64,000 nucleotides of DNA from Coniocarpon cinnabarinum (Eukaryota). The stretch is taken from NCBI GenBank assembly GCA_051942205.1, contig JAVECO010000105.1:1-64000 (forward strand), given 5' to 3'. The position numbers and the translations under genes were made by a program. The notes beneath the pieces were generated by a model. That model was not told where the DNA came from. It saw only the letters and a program-made list of their open reading frames with translations, and did not search any database. Below, in pieces: positions 12,397-23,321 of the stretch (positions are counted from its first letter, which is position 1; the number at the start of each line of letters is the position of its first letter).

Positions 12397-14161
12397 ATGT
12401 TCGGCTCATCCAAGAACAATGAAGACGCGCCCGCTTCCCCGTCGTCTCCCTCAAAACCCTCCCCGAAACCTCCCAATCTCACTGTCCCCGATGGAGTCGT
12501 CGAAGATGAGCCGAAATCTGGTGTTCCAGAAAGCCCGTCTGCAGAACGAGTAGACTCGAGGGACACACCAGAGAAACGGAGCCGGCGATCTAGTGGAATG
12601 AGCAAGGCCAAGGAGATGTTCTCGAGCGCCAAAAACTCGCTGGTGTCAGGATCGCCAACGAGGACGAATTCTGACAAACAGCCGCAGACGCCTATTCAGA
12701 AGCTCGGCCGCACTGACCCCGCGCTCAGTGTACCTCAAGGCTCATACAATAATGCTGCTGGGGAATCCAACCCGGGACCTCGATCCACATTTCGAGTTGG
12801 AGTAACAGAGGATAAGAACAAAAAATGCCGAAGAACCATGGAGGATACCCACGCATATCTATACAACTTTCTGAGCACCCCTGCACCGCAGCTTGGGAAT
12901 GACGACCATTCCAGGCAACGCTCGAGTACGGCCGACTCAAGATCTTCTGTCGTGTCACATCATCCAGTCGTGGAGACTGATAATGGCTATTTTGCCATCT
13001 TCGACGGCCATGCCGGCACGTTCGCAGCTGAGTGGTGCGGTAAAAAGCTTCATATCTTGCTTGAAGAGACGATACGGCGGAGCCCCAACAAGGCGATTCC
13101 TGAGCTGCTCGACGAAACTTTTACCAGTGTGGATACGCAGCTCGAAAAGCTGCCGCTCAAGAACAGTGGGTGTACAGCGGTGATTGCAGTGCTGCGCTGG
13201 GAAGATCGAATACCGAATAACAATTCTGCGACGGGCTCGAGCTCTATCGCGCCGGTGGCTGAAGCTGCTGTAAAGAAGGAGTCGGAATCCAAAGACGAAC
13301 AGACACCTGTTGCAGATCTAGCGCCGGCCATAGCGAAGCAGATCCGAGACTCGTCATCCCGCCAACGCGTGCTGTATACAGCGAACGTGGGCGACGCACG
13401 GATCATCCTTTGTCGCAACGGAAAGGCTCTACGACTCTCATACGATCACAAAGGAAGCGACGATAACGAAGGCAAGCGGATCGCCAATGCCGGTGGACTC
13501 ATTCTCAACAATCGCGTCAACGGAGTACTCGCTGTGACTCGTGCTTTGGGGGACGCCTACATGAAGGACCTGGTCACGGGTCATCCCTACACCACTGAGA
13601 CAGTGATACAGTCTGACATTGACGAATTTCTTATTTTAGCATGTGATGGTGTAAGTCCTCCAAACTCTCTGAAAGTGACATGTGGCTAATCAGATTACTC
13701 AGCTCTGGGACGTTTGCACCGACCAAGAGGCCGTTGATCTCGTTCGCCACGAGAAGGACCCGCAGGTGGCCTCCAAAATCCTCGTTGATCACGCGCTCTC
13801 TCGATTCAGTACTGACAATCTGTCCTGCATGATTGTTCGTTTGAACAACGCTGGTCTTCAGAATGCGGCAGCGAAATCCACCGAGCACATTGGCGTCGAC
13901 GGAGACCCACCTTCCACCCTCAAAGGCGGCATTCGCGAGACAGAAGCCATCGTCGGGGCCGCTAAAAAGGGCATGCCTGTGGATCCCGTCTCCGATGAGT
14001 CCCCGGAGCTGAGTCGTATCAGCACTGAGATGATCCAGGAGGAGGAAGCAGAGCCGGGACCCGAGTTAGATCCAGAGGGCCTGACGAAGGCGAGGGAGAA
14101 GGCAAAGGAGGGCCAGGCGGTGGTGGCGACGGGAGATAACCCGAATACGAAAGAGGGCTAG
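12397..14161 (+). CDS. ptc1: Protein phosphatase 2C, Ptc1 type
   Basis: PP2C motifs [52 protein letters not shown] and STDNLS. Intron 13651-13702. Confidence 0.95.
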
Positions 14162-14431
14162 CAGCCTGCTTTGCGGCTTCGCAGGAAACACACTCGGGCG
14201 GCTTCATTGTAAGGCGGATTCGCTTTCAGCATGATGGCGTGGAACGCAGATCACTGGCAACGAAATGAACGAACGGGGTGGGGACAGGCCACGGTAGAAA
14301 AGGGGCAGCTGGCTACTGCTATGTTTGTATGAATCCCTCAAGAAGCAGCCAATGGATGATGCATTGATCCAGTCATTTCTGTTTCCCGTTTCGACCAAGT
14401 CGTCCGCTGCACATCGTGCTTGACACGCTCT

Positions 14432-16036
14432 TCAAGCACCGATCATGGTATCATCACCTCCACTCATCCCCACCTCCAGCGCCGCCAACTGCGGCGCCCC
14501 CTCCCCTTCTCCCATGATCACATCCCCCTCCACGATCCCCCGACCCCTTCCCTCGAGCAACTCCCGCCGCACCTCCCCTCCAATCTCGCGATGTCCCACC
14601 GCCGCCACCACGTCCAACAACGCCTCCCGCTGATCTTCCGTGACATCATTCCGATACCGTTGCGCAAACGCGAGGAGCCCTTGATGCCATAACACCGGCA
14701 ATCTGACATATCCCCCTTCGACGCCCTTGGCCGCATTCTTGAGCGCCTTGAAGCGGCAGAAATGAAAGACGAGCGCGTCTATCACTTTATAGGGGAGTGC
14801 GTATTTCTTCTCGAGAAGCGTCTTGATGAAGAGATTCGTGGGGCTGCTGCCGTGCTCGCCGGAGGGGGACGGGTGCAAAGAGAAGTGCTCGGCGGCTATG
14901 TCGCAGCATCTGAGCAGCGCGGCGGCAGAGTGCAAGACTGGTACCCTCACCCGTGCGAGGACGGATGAGAGGATCTGCGCTTCGCGGAGGTTACACGGGC
15001 CGTCGTCGTCTTCGCCTTCGAGGAGGGGGAACAATACTCCCTTGAAGAAGGCGGCGGGTTTATACAATGACTTCTTGAGCGCCGCGTAGAGATGGACGTT
15101 CAGTTTGCGCGTCTGTCGGATGTCGTCGCGGACCTTGGGCAGGAGGATGTGGCGTAGATACGGCGTCGCGACTTCGGGTTTTGAGGAGATGAAAAGACGC
15201 ACAGACGCGAGATGCGCGTGTGGCGACCAGGATTGCGGGTTCGTGAGGTCGAGGAGGCGGGAGAGTTGGAAGGATGGCAGAGAGGGCAGGATCTTGAAGG
15301 GTTTGGGTAGGGCGCCGGAGCGGTAGGCGGATAGGAGCTGGCCGATGCGCGTGTAGACTTGGACTGCGGCGGGTGGGAGGGGATCGAGGTCTTCTTGTTG
15401 TTCTAGTGGGGGTTCGGTGAGATGGGTAGAAGGTGTTGGTTGGCCGGCTTCGTGCTCAGCGATTTTGGAGAGGATGAGGGCGGTGAGGTTGGTGGGTTCG
15501 CCCTCTTCTTCATCGTTGTCACCTTCCAGTGAGGACTTGGAGGTAAGGGGGTTGGCGGGGGCGTCGTTCAGTGCGTCGAGGGATATGGATGAGGGATCCA
15601 AAGAAGAGTTTGCGGGGTGGAATCGATTAAAAATGTCTTGATCCGCTGGGTCGAGCTCGACCCCTTCGATCTCATCGCCAGAGCCCCAGGATGAGGTATC
15701 ATCAGGGAATCGCGCGTCATCTTCTGCTCCATTCTCGCCCCGGTCTTGTTCTGGACCATCCACCACACCTCGACTAGTAACATCGAATGCTGGATTCGGT
15801 TTCGCGGCTTCCAGTTGCGACTTGTCCTCTTCAATGAGATCTTGACCGATGCGCAAGATCCGTTGGGACGCCTTCGTATCGACGTATTCGTTTTCATTTT
15901 GCTTGTCCTCGGAAGATAATTTTCGTCGCTTGGGGGATTTGTGCTTTTGGTGCGGGGCGGTGGGGGAGTAGTCCTCAGCCAGCGGATTGTGGCGAGGTCG
16001 ATCGGGGTCGATGGCTTTGCGAGCCGCTTTAGGCAT
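14432..16036 (-). CDS. enp1: Bystin / Enp1 40S biogenesis factor
   Basis: RHNPL N-terminal motif, YRSGALPKPFKILP, KLNVHLYAALKKSLYKPAAFFKG, KKYALPYKVID and LPVLWHQ..FAQRY. Start taken at MPKAARK. Confidence 0.95.
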   Translation of the reverse strand: MPKAARKAIDPDRPRHNPLAEDYSPTAPHQKHKSPKRRKLSSEDKQNENEYVDTKASQRILRIGQDLIEEDKSQLEAAKPNPAFDVTSRGVVDGPEQDRGENGAEDDARFPDDTSSWGSGDEIEGVELDPADQDIFNRFHPANSSLDPSSISLDALNDAPANPLTSKSSLEGDNDEEEGEPTNLTALILSKIAEHEAGQPTPSTHLTEPPLEQQEDLDPLPPAAVQVYTRIGQLLSAYRSGALPKPFKILPSLPSFQLSRLLDLTNPQSWSPHAHLASVRLFISSKPEVATPYLRHILLPKVRDDIRQTRKLNVHLYAALKKSLYKPAAFFKGVLFPLLEGEDDDGPCNLREAQILSSVLARVRVPVLHSAAALLRCCDIAAEHFSLHPSPSGEHGSSPTNLFIKTLLEKKYALPYKVIDALVFHFCRFKALKNAAKGVEGGYVRLPVLWHQGLLAFAQRYRNDVTEDQREALLDVVAAVGHREIGGEVRRELLEGRGRGIVEGDVIMGEGEGAPQLAALEVGMSGGDDTMIGA

Positions 16037-16278
16037 GTTGAAGGTGCTTTTCGGGGCTTTTGAGCTGTGTAGAGCAGAGAAGTTGATGGCTAAGTCTGGA
16101 CAAAAATTGGAAGCCAATGGTGGTGCATTCTGGATGACCAAATATTGACGTGCCTGAATTGTGAGGCGAAAATGGCCTTCTTTCATCGTCGAGGCCAAGG
16201 ATCTATTCTCCTACGTCTCCATCATGCCCGCCTCTATCAATCTTAAACCATTTGACTCGTCTGATCTGTAGACGCCAA

Positions 16279-16286
16279 GCGATGAG
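16279..16286 (+). promoter_or_regulatory. PAC element (GCGATGAG) upstream of bystin
   Basis: Exact PAC consensus about 245 nt upstream of a ribosome-biogenesis gene. Confidence 0.5.
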
Positions 16287-16324
16287 CGTTTAGATGTTTT
16301 AATGTCAAAAGCTCAAGTCGCAAG

Positions 16325-17173
16325 TCATTTGAAAGTTTCCGGGTATTGATATGATCCTTCGCGGTACACGATACGTTTCCGGCGGGCCCCTGAGTACGAA
16401 CTTCGAAGGGATGTCATCTCCAAATACTTCTTTCTGAATGAGAGCAAATGGAAGCATGCGTTTGGGATCCAGCGAGCTGCTTCTAGTAAGCATTGCGTCG
16501 CATCGGGCTGCACGCGTACTGCAACTGCATGATCGCTGGAGAATCTGTCGTTGAGATTTCTTTCCGACGCTGACACCGAAGCAATTTAGCCCAGCAAAGG
16601 TTCCAATTCGTCTGTAGGTACTTGTATTCTACGTTCGAACACCACATTGCGGAACTGTTGTGCATCTTCTGTGCTGTCAAAAAAGCTGAAACAGAATTTG
16701 TTACTATAATCAATGTCAACTTTGGACCTTGCTCTCGTTTGACCGTCGCTAAAGAGCTCAAGCCCAGTGATAGATCCTCAAGAGAAAGCAGAGCAGGCAG
16801 ATCCTACCTTCTGTCATGTTCAACGCGCACATGTTGGCCACCATCGCCACCCATGTATCTTTCATACAGTTGCTGGGCGATTCTTTTGATCTTGTTTCTC
16901 CAGAGCAGGCCAACATGCACATCAAGGGCCAGTTCCGTTTGGTTCGCCCAGTAAATGACGATGTGATTGGTTGTACTCTCGTGCGATATCCTCTCGAATG
17001 ATCTTCTGAACATCTTGGTCTTGCGTTTGCATGAACGAGACTTGGTACCAGGGCTGCGGTATTCTGGAAGCTAGAACTTCTCGAGAAGTATTTGTACGTA
17101 CCATATCGACTATCTCGGACGTTTTGCGAGATGATAGTCTTGACCACGTGTGTTCGGACAAAACTCCTTCCAA
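16325..17173 (-). pseudogene. Decayed reading frame of unknown family
   Basis: ORFs 16804..17013 and 16483..16761 share a frame and are split by one TAG. Overlapping ORFs 16922..17173 and 16325..16576 lie in a second frame, suggesting frameshifts. Confidence 0.35.
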
Positions 17174-19908
17174 AGTATATACTCAGCTGGGCAATGACAC
17201 GTGTCCTGCAAGCGAAGGGTAGGCATGCAATTACTGACTCTTTGTATATAGCCTGCTCTACGGTCTTTGAAAGAGGTCTAGGCTTCTCATTATTCCATAC
17301 ATCTCGTCATCTTGGCATTGGTTAGATCACAACATTGTGAAAGCGTTGTAATTGAACAGAGGCGATTTTAACCTCGATTTCATGACGTTGGAAAAATGGC
17401 CAACTAAGTGGTCTACTCTCTTGGCAATGTAGACGTCGTGCGTGCAAAAGGACGAGTGATAATGCGCGACTAGTACACCTCTTCTCAAAGTTGTTGACAT
17501 CAAAGAATTCCAGAAACGTCGCTACCGAATGCTTCGGCAGAAATGTTTCTGCGTGCAGTCAAATGGAACTTGGGCAAAGCCATCGCGTCTTTATTCTTGA
17601 ACGGGCTGCAAAGAGGAGGGTCTCAGAATCTCTATCAGGCGTTGACCGGCAGGGTTTTGCCTATGCTGGGCATCTTCGCCGTTCTCGTGGAAGCTGAAAA
17701 GATACTTTCTCCTATGTAAATACGTCAAACAGGGCCATAGCAGCATCCGAGACTGCTTTCAGCAACAGGTGAGAGCCACTCGCAGAAGGGAATAAGATGC
17801 TTAAGGGAAGGTCCTTACTCTCGGTCGTGTCGTACCAGACAGTGTTGCGCGCGAGTTCCCATATTAAGCTCACTATGGATCTGTAATGCTATGGATCTCA
17901 CTGCTCTCTCCCACTGTGAACCAAACATGAGTTCGAGGATCATCTCGGTCCCGACCGAATAGTGTATTGTGAGTCCGTGCGTGCTCATCGAGCGCATACG
18001 TCGAAACATTTTGTTAGGCAGTAGAGATAGGTGAGGCGAGGACGCGGTAGGCACAACAATAATAAAGCTTCCGTCCTTTGCTTCTCAAGACAGCGATGGC
18101 TCGATGATATATTCGCTGGTTATTTTAACAGCCTGCGCTGATTGACCAAACCGCGAAACAGGAACGTCGGATCTTATGCTGATCTCAACAATGTGCAAGG
18201 TGTTCTCACAAGCTATAGATACTTACTCAGATAGTCACAAAGATAGCGATAAATAATAGCCCCGTCTTGCCAACAGCGTATATTTGTGGTGTGCTCTTCT
18301 ATTACGAGCACCGTGATATAATGGGGAGCGCAATGGAAATCTGCTGAAACCGTGTCGCGCGACTGACTTCCCCTAACCGGCATTTCGGAATACCCCAAGG
18401 TCTCGCATCATTCGCCCCTAGTAGCGGCTTTCAAAGCCAATTAGTTGTGCTAATTGTGACGGGGGCCCTGAGTGCCGCGGTGCGTTAGGTACGAGCTTTT
18501 GCATGAGTCTTCAAAGTCGGTATCAGTCAATAGCAACTTGGTCTTAGTCAATCAGTATCCTTATGTCCCAGATCGTCTTCAATGATGGGTGTTATACGGC
18601 TCCAGCGTGTGCGATCTGAGCCTCTCATTGCTTCATCTGGCGAGTGTGCAAAGCTGAATCGGAAGAATCTACTACTAATATTAAGCTGAGGAATGTTATA
18701 TGAAAACTTTGAGCGGAACGTGCAAGCACTAGACATACCCGCGCGAATGTGTGAGGACTATGTGACGGCCGAAGCTATTGTGTGGAGAGGGAAACAACTC
18801 CGCGTGTAACCGGCGAGCCTCTTCTCCGACTATGCATCTCCAGAACATACCGACGCAGTAATTTAGTGCCAGTTCGGTCATCGTGGAGTAGTAAACTGTC
18901 AGCTGACTGTCTGTCTCGAGCGTGTGCATCATGATCATCGCTCTGGACTCTGTCACATCAGCTGACAAATCTGCTTAGGTCGGCACTGAATGAGACAGGG
19001 CAAGCAGACCTTGAAACTTCTCATGGGTGTGCAAAAGGATGAACTGGGCTCTGCTATGTAGGATCGACGCCATGCTGCGGCGAATGATCGGATGACGCAA
19101 AGCAAGCTAACAGCTGTAAGTCTTGCGTTTTTGTTAGATAGGCCCGGTACGCAATGATACTTACCAGAATAAGGTTTGCTTCTCATGTCAGTATTCAACG
19201 CAGCGCGCGATACCTTCGTTTACAGAAAATGATTAGCAAAACTGATTACTATGCGAGAATCGCCGTACGGGAGGCCGGTGATTGACACGCTTTTCAATGC
19301 GCTTCGCTTCTCTTCCTTGCCAGCCACAATTTATCACTACTCAATCACCCAGGACTTACTGCCTTGTTGGATTGTTCGATGACTTGCTTCGGATTTTGAC
19401 ATGATGGAGGGATCAAGCGCGCGTTAATTTTACGTACTTCTGTATTGCATCATGAGCCAAGCCAACGTACTACTGACCGACAAGTGATGTCCAAGGTATA
19501 TCCGCAACTTGCGGCATTCAGGGCTGATGGTGCCAAAAAGGCTCTGTAACATAAATAGCGGCAGATAGTGCATTTCAATCCTCGTTCGATACCCGTCTCC
19601 ATGGATGTCAGCCCCGATGAGTTAAAAGATAGGGTGCTTCGTCCAGAAACTTTTTCCTACGAGAATGTTATTTGGGCAAACATCAAACGACGTATGAAGA
19701 TAGACATAGGAAAAAGTCAAGAAGCAACAGTCGGACAGGAAGTTTGAAGCACGGCGATGAGTATGATTGAATGACTTGGTCTTTCATATGCAAGCAGAAG
19801 GCGTGGCGATTTCACTTCGCACAGGGACCTGGCTCGATTTCAACAAGCCGTAACGAAGTCATACTCATGACGAAGCATGCGTGTTGACTGCAGGGGGATG
19901 CTGAGGCG

Positions 19909-20364
19909 TTATTGTGCTGCCTTGGAGGCACCGACCTCCTGCGACGCGGACGCCGTTCCCGTTGTTACCGCGAACTCATGAATCCTGTCCGCTTCTGCAT
20001 TGTACCTCCTCTCTCTCAATGCTCGCTCAATCATCTCTGGGAGGTGCGGGTGTTTGCGGAAGCCTTTTTCCGCATATTGGCGGTTGCGCTTGTTGGCACG
20101 TCCGGTAGCAACGCGGGTGATAGATCGAAGAGAGTAGAAGCCAAAGCCATAGAAGTCATCAACATGGGGGCTGGCGATGAGGTAGATTATGCGATAGACT
20201 GTGTTGTGAATGTCTGGCATACGATAACAACTACCTTTTCTGTGTAGTGAGATCACTTTGCGAATTGCGATTTTTGCATTCGCAAACCTGAGCGTAATTT
20301 GAGTATTCGCAATTTCAAGCGCTTGGAATGACGGAAGAGTGGCGAGGACAAGTTTACGATGCAA
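19909..20364 (-). CDS. Hypothetical protein (151-aa ORF, frame extends upstream past one TAG)
   Basis: Protein-like ORF with its first ATG at 20220. The same frame continues upstream across a single TAG that sits inside a possible 39-nt GTATGC..CAG intron. Confidence 0.35.
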   Translation of the reverse strand: MHRKLVLATLPSFQALEIANTQITLRFANAKIAIRKVISLHRKGSCYRMPDIHNTVYRIIYLIASPHVDDFYGFGFYSLRSITRVATGRANKRNRQYAEKGFRKHPHLPEMIERALRERRYNAEADRIHEFAVTTGTASASQEVGASKAAQ

Positions 20365-21012
20365 GGATCTCTGTTTATTCTACAAATTCAAGTGTCCGGG
20401 ATCGCATACTTCCTTGAATGAGTTGAAGAGTGCTTCTGCCCGAATCGCGTGCTTTCCCTTGAGGCATTCGTGCCAATGATGCCGCTCGCACGACAGACAA
20501 GTAACCCACTTTCCTTGATCGCTTACTTGAACTTGCGGTCTTACACTGGTTTCCAGCGGTATGTATGAGTCTTAAGAGAGCAGTATTCGCATTCTTAATG
20601 CTGCTTGAAGGCGCCTGCTGTTGCTCTACCAGGTGGATCCATCAACCTCGCAAGGTCTTCTCAGGGAAGCAAATAATTACAAGAGAGTAGGTGCCTAAGA
20701 GTTTGGACGATGACACGTGACGAGGAGGATCAGACCAGACTGGCATAGTATCAAAGATTGTGGCACCCAAGATTTTGGTTCAACTTCATGCTTGTTAATC
20801 TCCGTCGATAGACCGAGGCATAGTACTCGAGACCCATTCACCCTTGCAGTCATCTAACGGCGATTCATATCCATACCGACACAGAAAGCCTAGAGGCTCC
20901 TTCTCGTTGCGAATTTGTCGCGGCTCCTCGCCTGATTCAGCAGGTGAGAAGAGTCACCTTCACGCGCCATTGCTTTTTCGTTCTTTAGAGGACGATACCC
21001 CATCGATCCCCA

Positions 21013-22761
21013 ATGGCGGATGCTCAATCACCACAACCGCAAGACAGTCCACCGTCCACGATACCCCTCAAGCGGCCACACGAGGACGAGCACGCGCCTT
21101 CTATATCATCTCCCCTTAATCCTAACGCCGCAGCGCGCGTCCCGCAACGCGAACAACGCACGAAGAAAGAGTCGCTCAAGAAACGCGAATCCGCCGCGCC
21201 CTCTCCCACCACCGGTAAAGCGCCTAGCAAGAGCGGCAAGAAGACCAAGGCGGAAGCAGAAGACACTGAAGTGCCCACGCCTTCGCCTATTCGCTACAAT
21301 CACGCTCCCACACAATCATGGCAGTACGTGAACAAGCCATTACCGTGGCTGTCACGAGAACCCGAACCGGTCTACGCGCCGAACGGCGCTGAAATGAAGA
21401 AGCCGCTCGACCTGCCAGAGAACAAGAAAAACTTTCGTTATAATCATTGTGTCGCCGATCCCATGTTTAAATATTCACGCTTCTACCGCCAGTCAGAGGA
21501 AGCCCCTTACGGCCCGCGCCTTAACTTTCAGGACTCGGATCGCAACTTCCACTTTGATCCTATCGGCGGCCGCATCATCACGAATGAGAAGGGCTGGCGC
21601 ATGGGCCGCGCCAATATCGTCGCGCGTGAAGGTACTTTCTATTACGAGGTCAAGATTCTGAAAGGTGTGCCTCCAGACGGTTCTACCGGCACGCTTCCAT
21701 CCCAAGCCAATGGTCCACTGCCCCATGTTCGCATGGGTTTCTCTCGTCGCGAAGCCCCGCTCGACGCCCCTGTCGGCTTCGACGGCTACAGCTACGGCCT
21801 GACCGACATCCGCATGGAGCCCATGCACAAGTCCCGCGCCTCCAAATTCCTCGACGCAGGTGACGACCCCAAGCCAGGCAAGAAACCGCGTCCTAAGAAG
21901 GGGCAGCAATCCAAATCGGCTTACGGGAAAGACGCGGGCTTCGCTGCCGATGATACCGCTCGCACGGGCGACGTCATCGGTCTCTCCATCACTCTACCTA
22001 GCATCGCCGTCCAGCGCAAAGTCCTGGATGGTACCTTCAACCCCGCTGTCGACCTCGCACCTACCGCAAGTATAGCCGAGCAAGCCGAGCCCGCTCCCAA
22101 TATTGTGCGTGACCGCTATCCCGTCCCATACAGGAATGCAATGTACTTCGAGTCGCTCGAGTACCGCGCTACGAAAGGCATGGAAGGCTACGGCGATCGC
22201 GGACCTTTTGGTAAAGAAGAACCGTCGACTGCACATACCGATCCCAGCTTAAGAACACTTCCGGAGAGCAGTATCAAGGTGTGGAAAAACGGCAAGCGAA
22301 TTGGGACCGCGTTCAGGAATTTGATGGCGTTTTTGCCGCCGGCGAGTCAGCCTGCGAATGAGCGAGGCGTGAGGCAGGGTATGGATGATGGTATGGTTGG
22401 GTATTTGCCGGCTGTGAGTGCGTTTAGTGGAGCTGTCGCTGAGGTGAACTTCGGGCCCGATTTCTGGTGTTCGCCTGAAGAGCTCGAAGATACTGGCGGC
22501 AAGCAGAAGGGAAAGGAAGAGTCACAGGAAAACCCGCAAGAGGATACGGAGATGACAGATGCGCCCGCTGCTGGGACTGAGCAGAAAGACGAAAAAGAAG
22601 AAGAGCGCTTGGTAGGTGTGGGGATGCGAGGCATAGGTGTGAGATTCGCGGAGCAGATTGCGGAGGATGTGGTGTATGATGTAATTGACGAAGTGGACTT
22701 TTTTGTACAGGATGGTGCGAAGTTGGATGATGAGGAACCCGGCGTGAAGGTGGAAGAATAA
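21013..22761 (+). CDS. bre2: COMPASS subunit Bre2/Ash2 (CclA-like), SPRY domain
   Basis: NEKGWRMGRAN..REGTFYYEVKI, HVRMGFSRREAPLDAPVGFDGYSYG, GDVIG, YLPAVS and NFGPDF; C-terminal Sdc1-binding helix RFAEQIAEDVVYDVIDE. Confidence 0.93.
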   Translation: MADAQSPQPQDSPPSTIPLKRPHEDEHAPSISSPLNPNAAARVPQREQRTKKESLKKRESAAPSPTTGKAPSKSGKKTKAEAEDTEVPTPSPIRYNHAPTQSWQYVNKPLPWLSREPEPVYAPNGAEMKKPLDLPENKKNFRYNHCVADPMFKYSRFYRQSEEAPYGPRLNFQDSDRNFHFDPIGGRIITNEKGWRMGRANIVAREGTFYYEVKILKGVPPDGSTGTLPSQANGPLPHVRMGFSRREAPLDAPVGFDGYSYGLTDIRMEPMHKSRASKFLDAGDDPKPGKKPRPKKGQQSKSAYGKDAGFAADDTARTGDVIGLSITLPSIAVQRKVLDGTFNPAVDLAPTASIAEQAEPAPNIVRDRYPVPYRNAMYFESLEYRATKGMEGYGDRGPFGKEEPSTAHTDPSLRTLPESSIKVWKNGKRIGTAFRNLMAFLPPASQPANERGVRQGMDDGMVGYLPAVSAFSGAVAEVNFGPDFWCSPEELEDTGGKQKGKEESQENPQEDTEMTDAPAAGTEQKDEKEEERLVGVGMRGIGVRFAEQIAEDVVYDVIDEVDFFVQDGAKLDDEEPGVKVEE

Positions 22762-23321
22762 GGTGAGAGAAGGACGCGACCATTGAGTATTGCAAACAAA
22801 ATGAGGTAGCGCACAGATAATGACTGAGCTGTGGGAAAACTCCTCTAATGTCTAGCAAAAAGGAAATCCTGGAATAGCCTCAGAAGTTGCGTGAGGCAAC
22901 GGCATGATTTACAAGCCTATACTTTCGAGCATTCATCGATCCCCTCTTGCTAGCCGGTGACGTTGCGCCGATACAGCAGAAATCCGCTCCAATAATTCGT
23001 ACCTAGATTTAGCATCATTTCTAAATCAACTTTCCACCATGCAAGAGAAAACATTGATTTACTGGAATAGCTGTCAGCTTCATATTAACATTGCAGCTTC
23101 CCACTTCGCTTGCATTAATCGATAAAAGCCCTTTCGTTGGTCTGCGCTACTTCTCCATGATTCATCAGAAGCCTCATATTCGCTGTCCGAATTACTGCTC
23201 CTGAGCAGCACATTTCAATGTCTAATATTAGTGTACAGCTATCCAAAAAAGTACATGTTGCGCATAACGCATGCTGCTGATTCGAGACGAGGCATCCTTC
23301 CTGCGTGCTCACCCCTCGACA

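Noticed and set aside
16037..16198. Upstream in-frame extension of bystin (also 24861-25148 for tdp1)
   Set aside because: The track starts are near-cognate codons and the sequence looks like UTR; homology begins at the downstream ATG.
19251..19691. Plus-strand frame with scattered stops and intron-like signals
   Set aside because: Splice phases do not match and stops are too frequent to support a gene.
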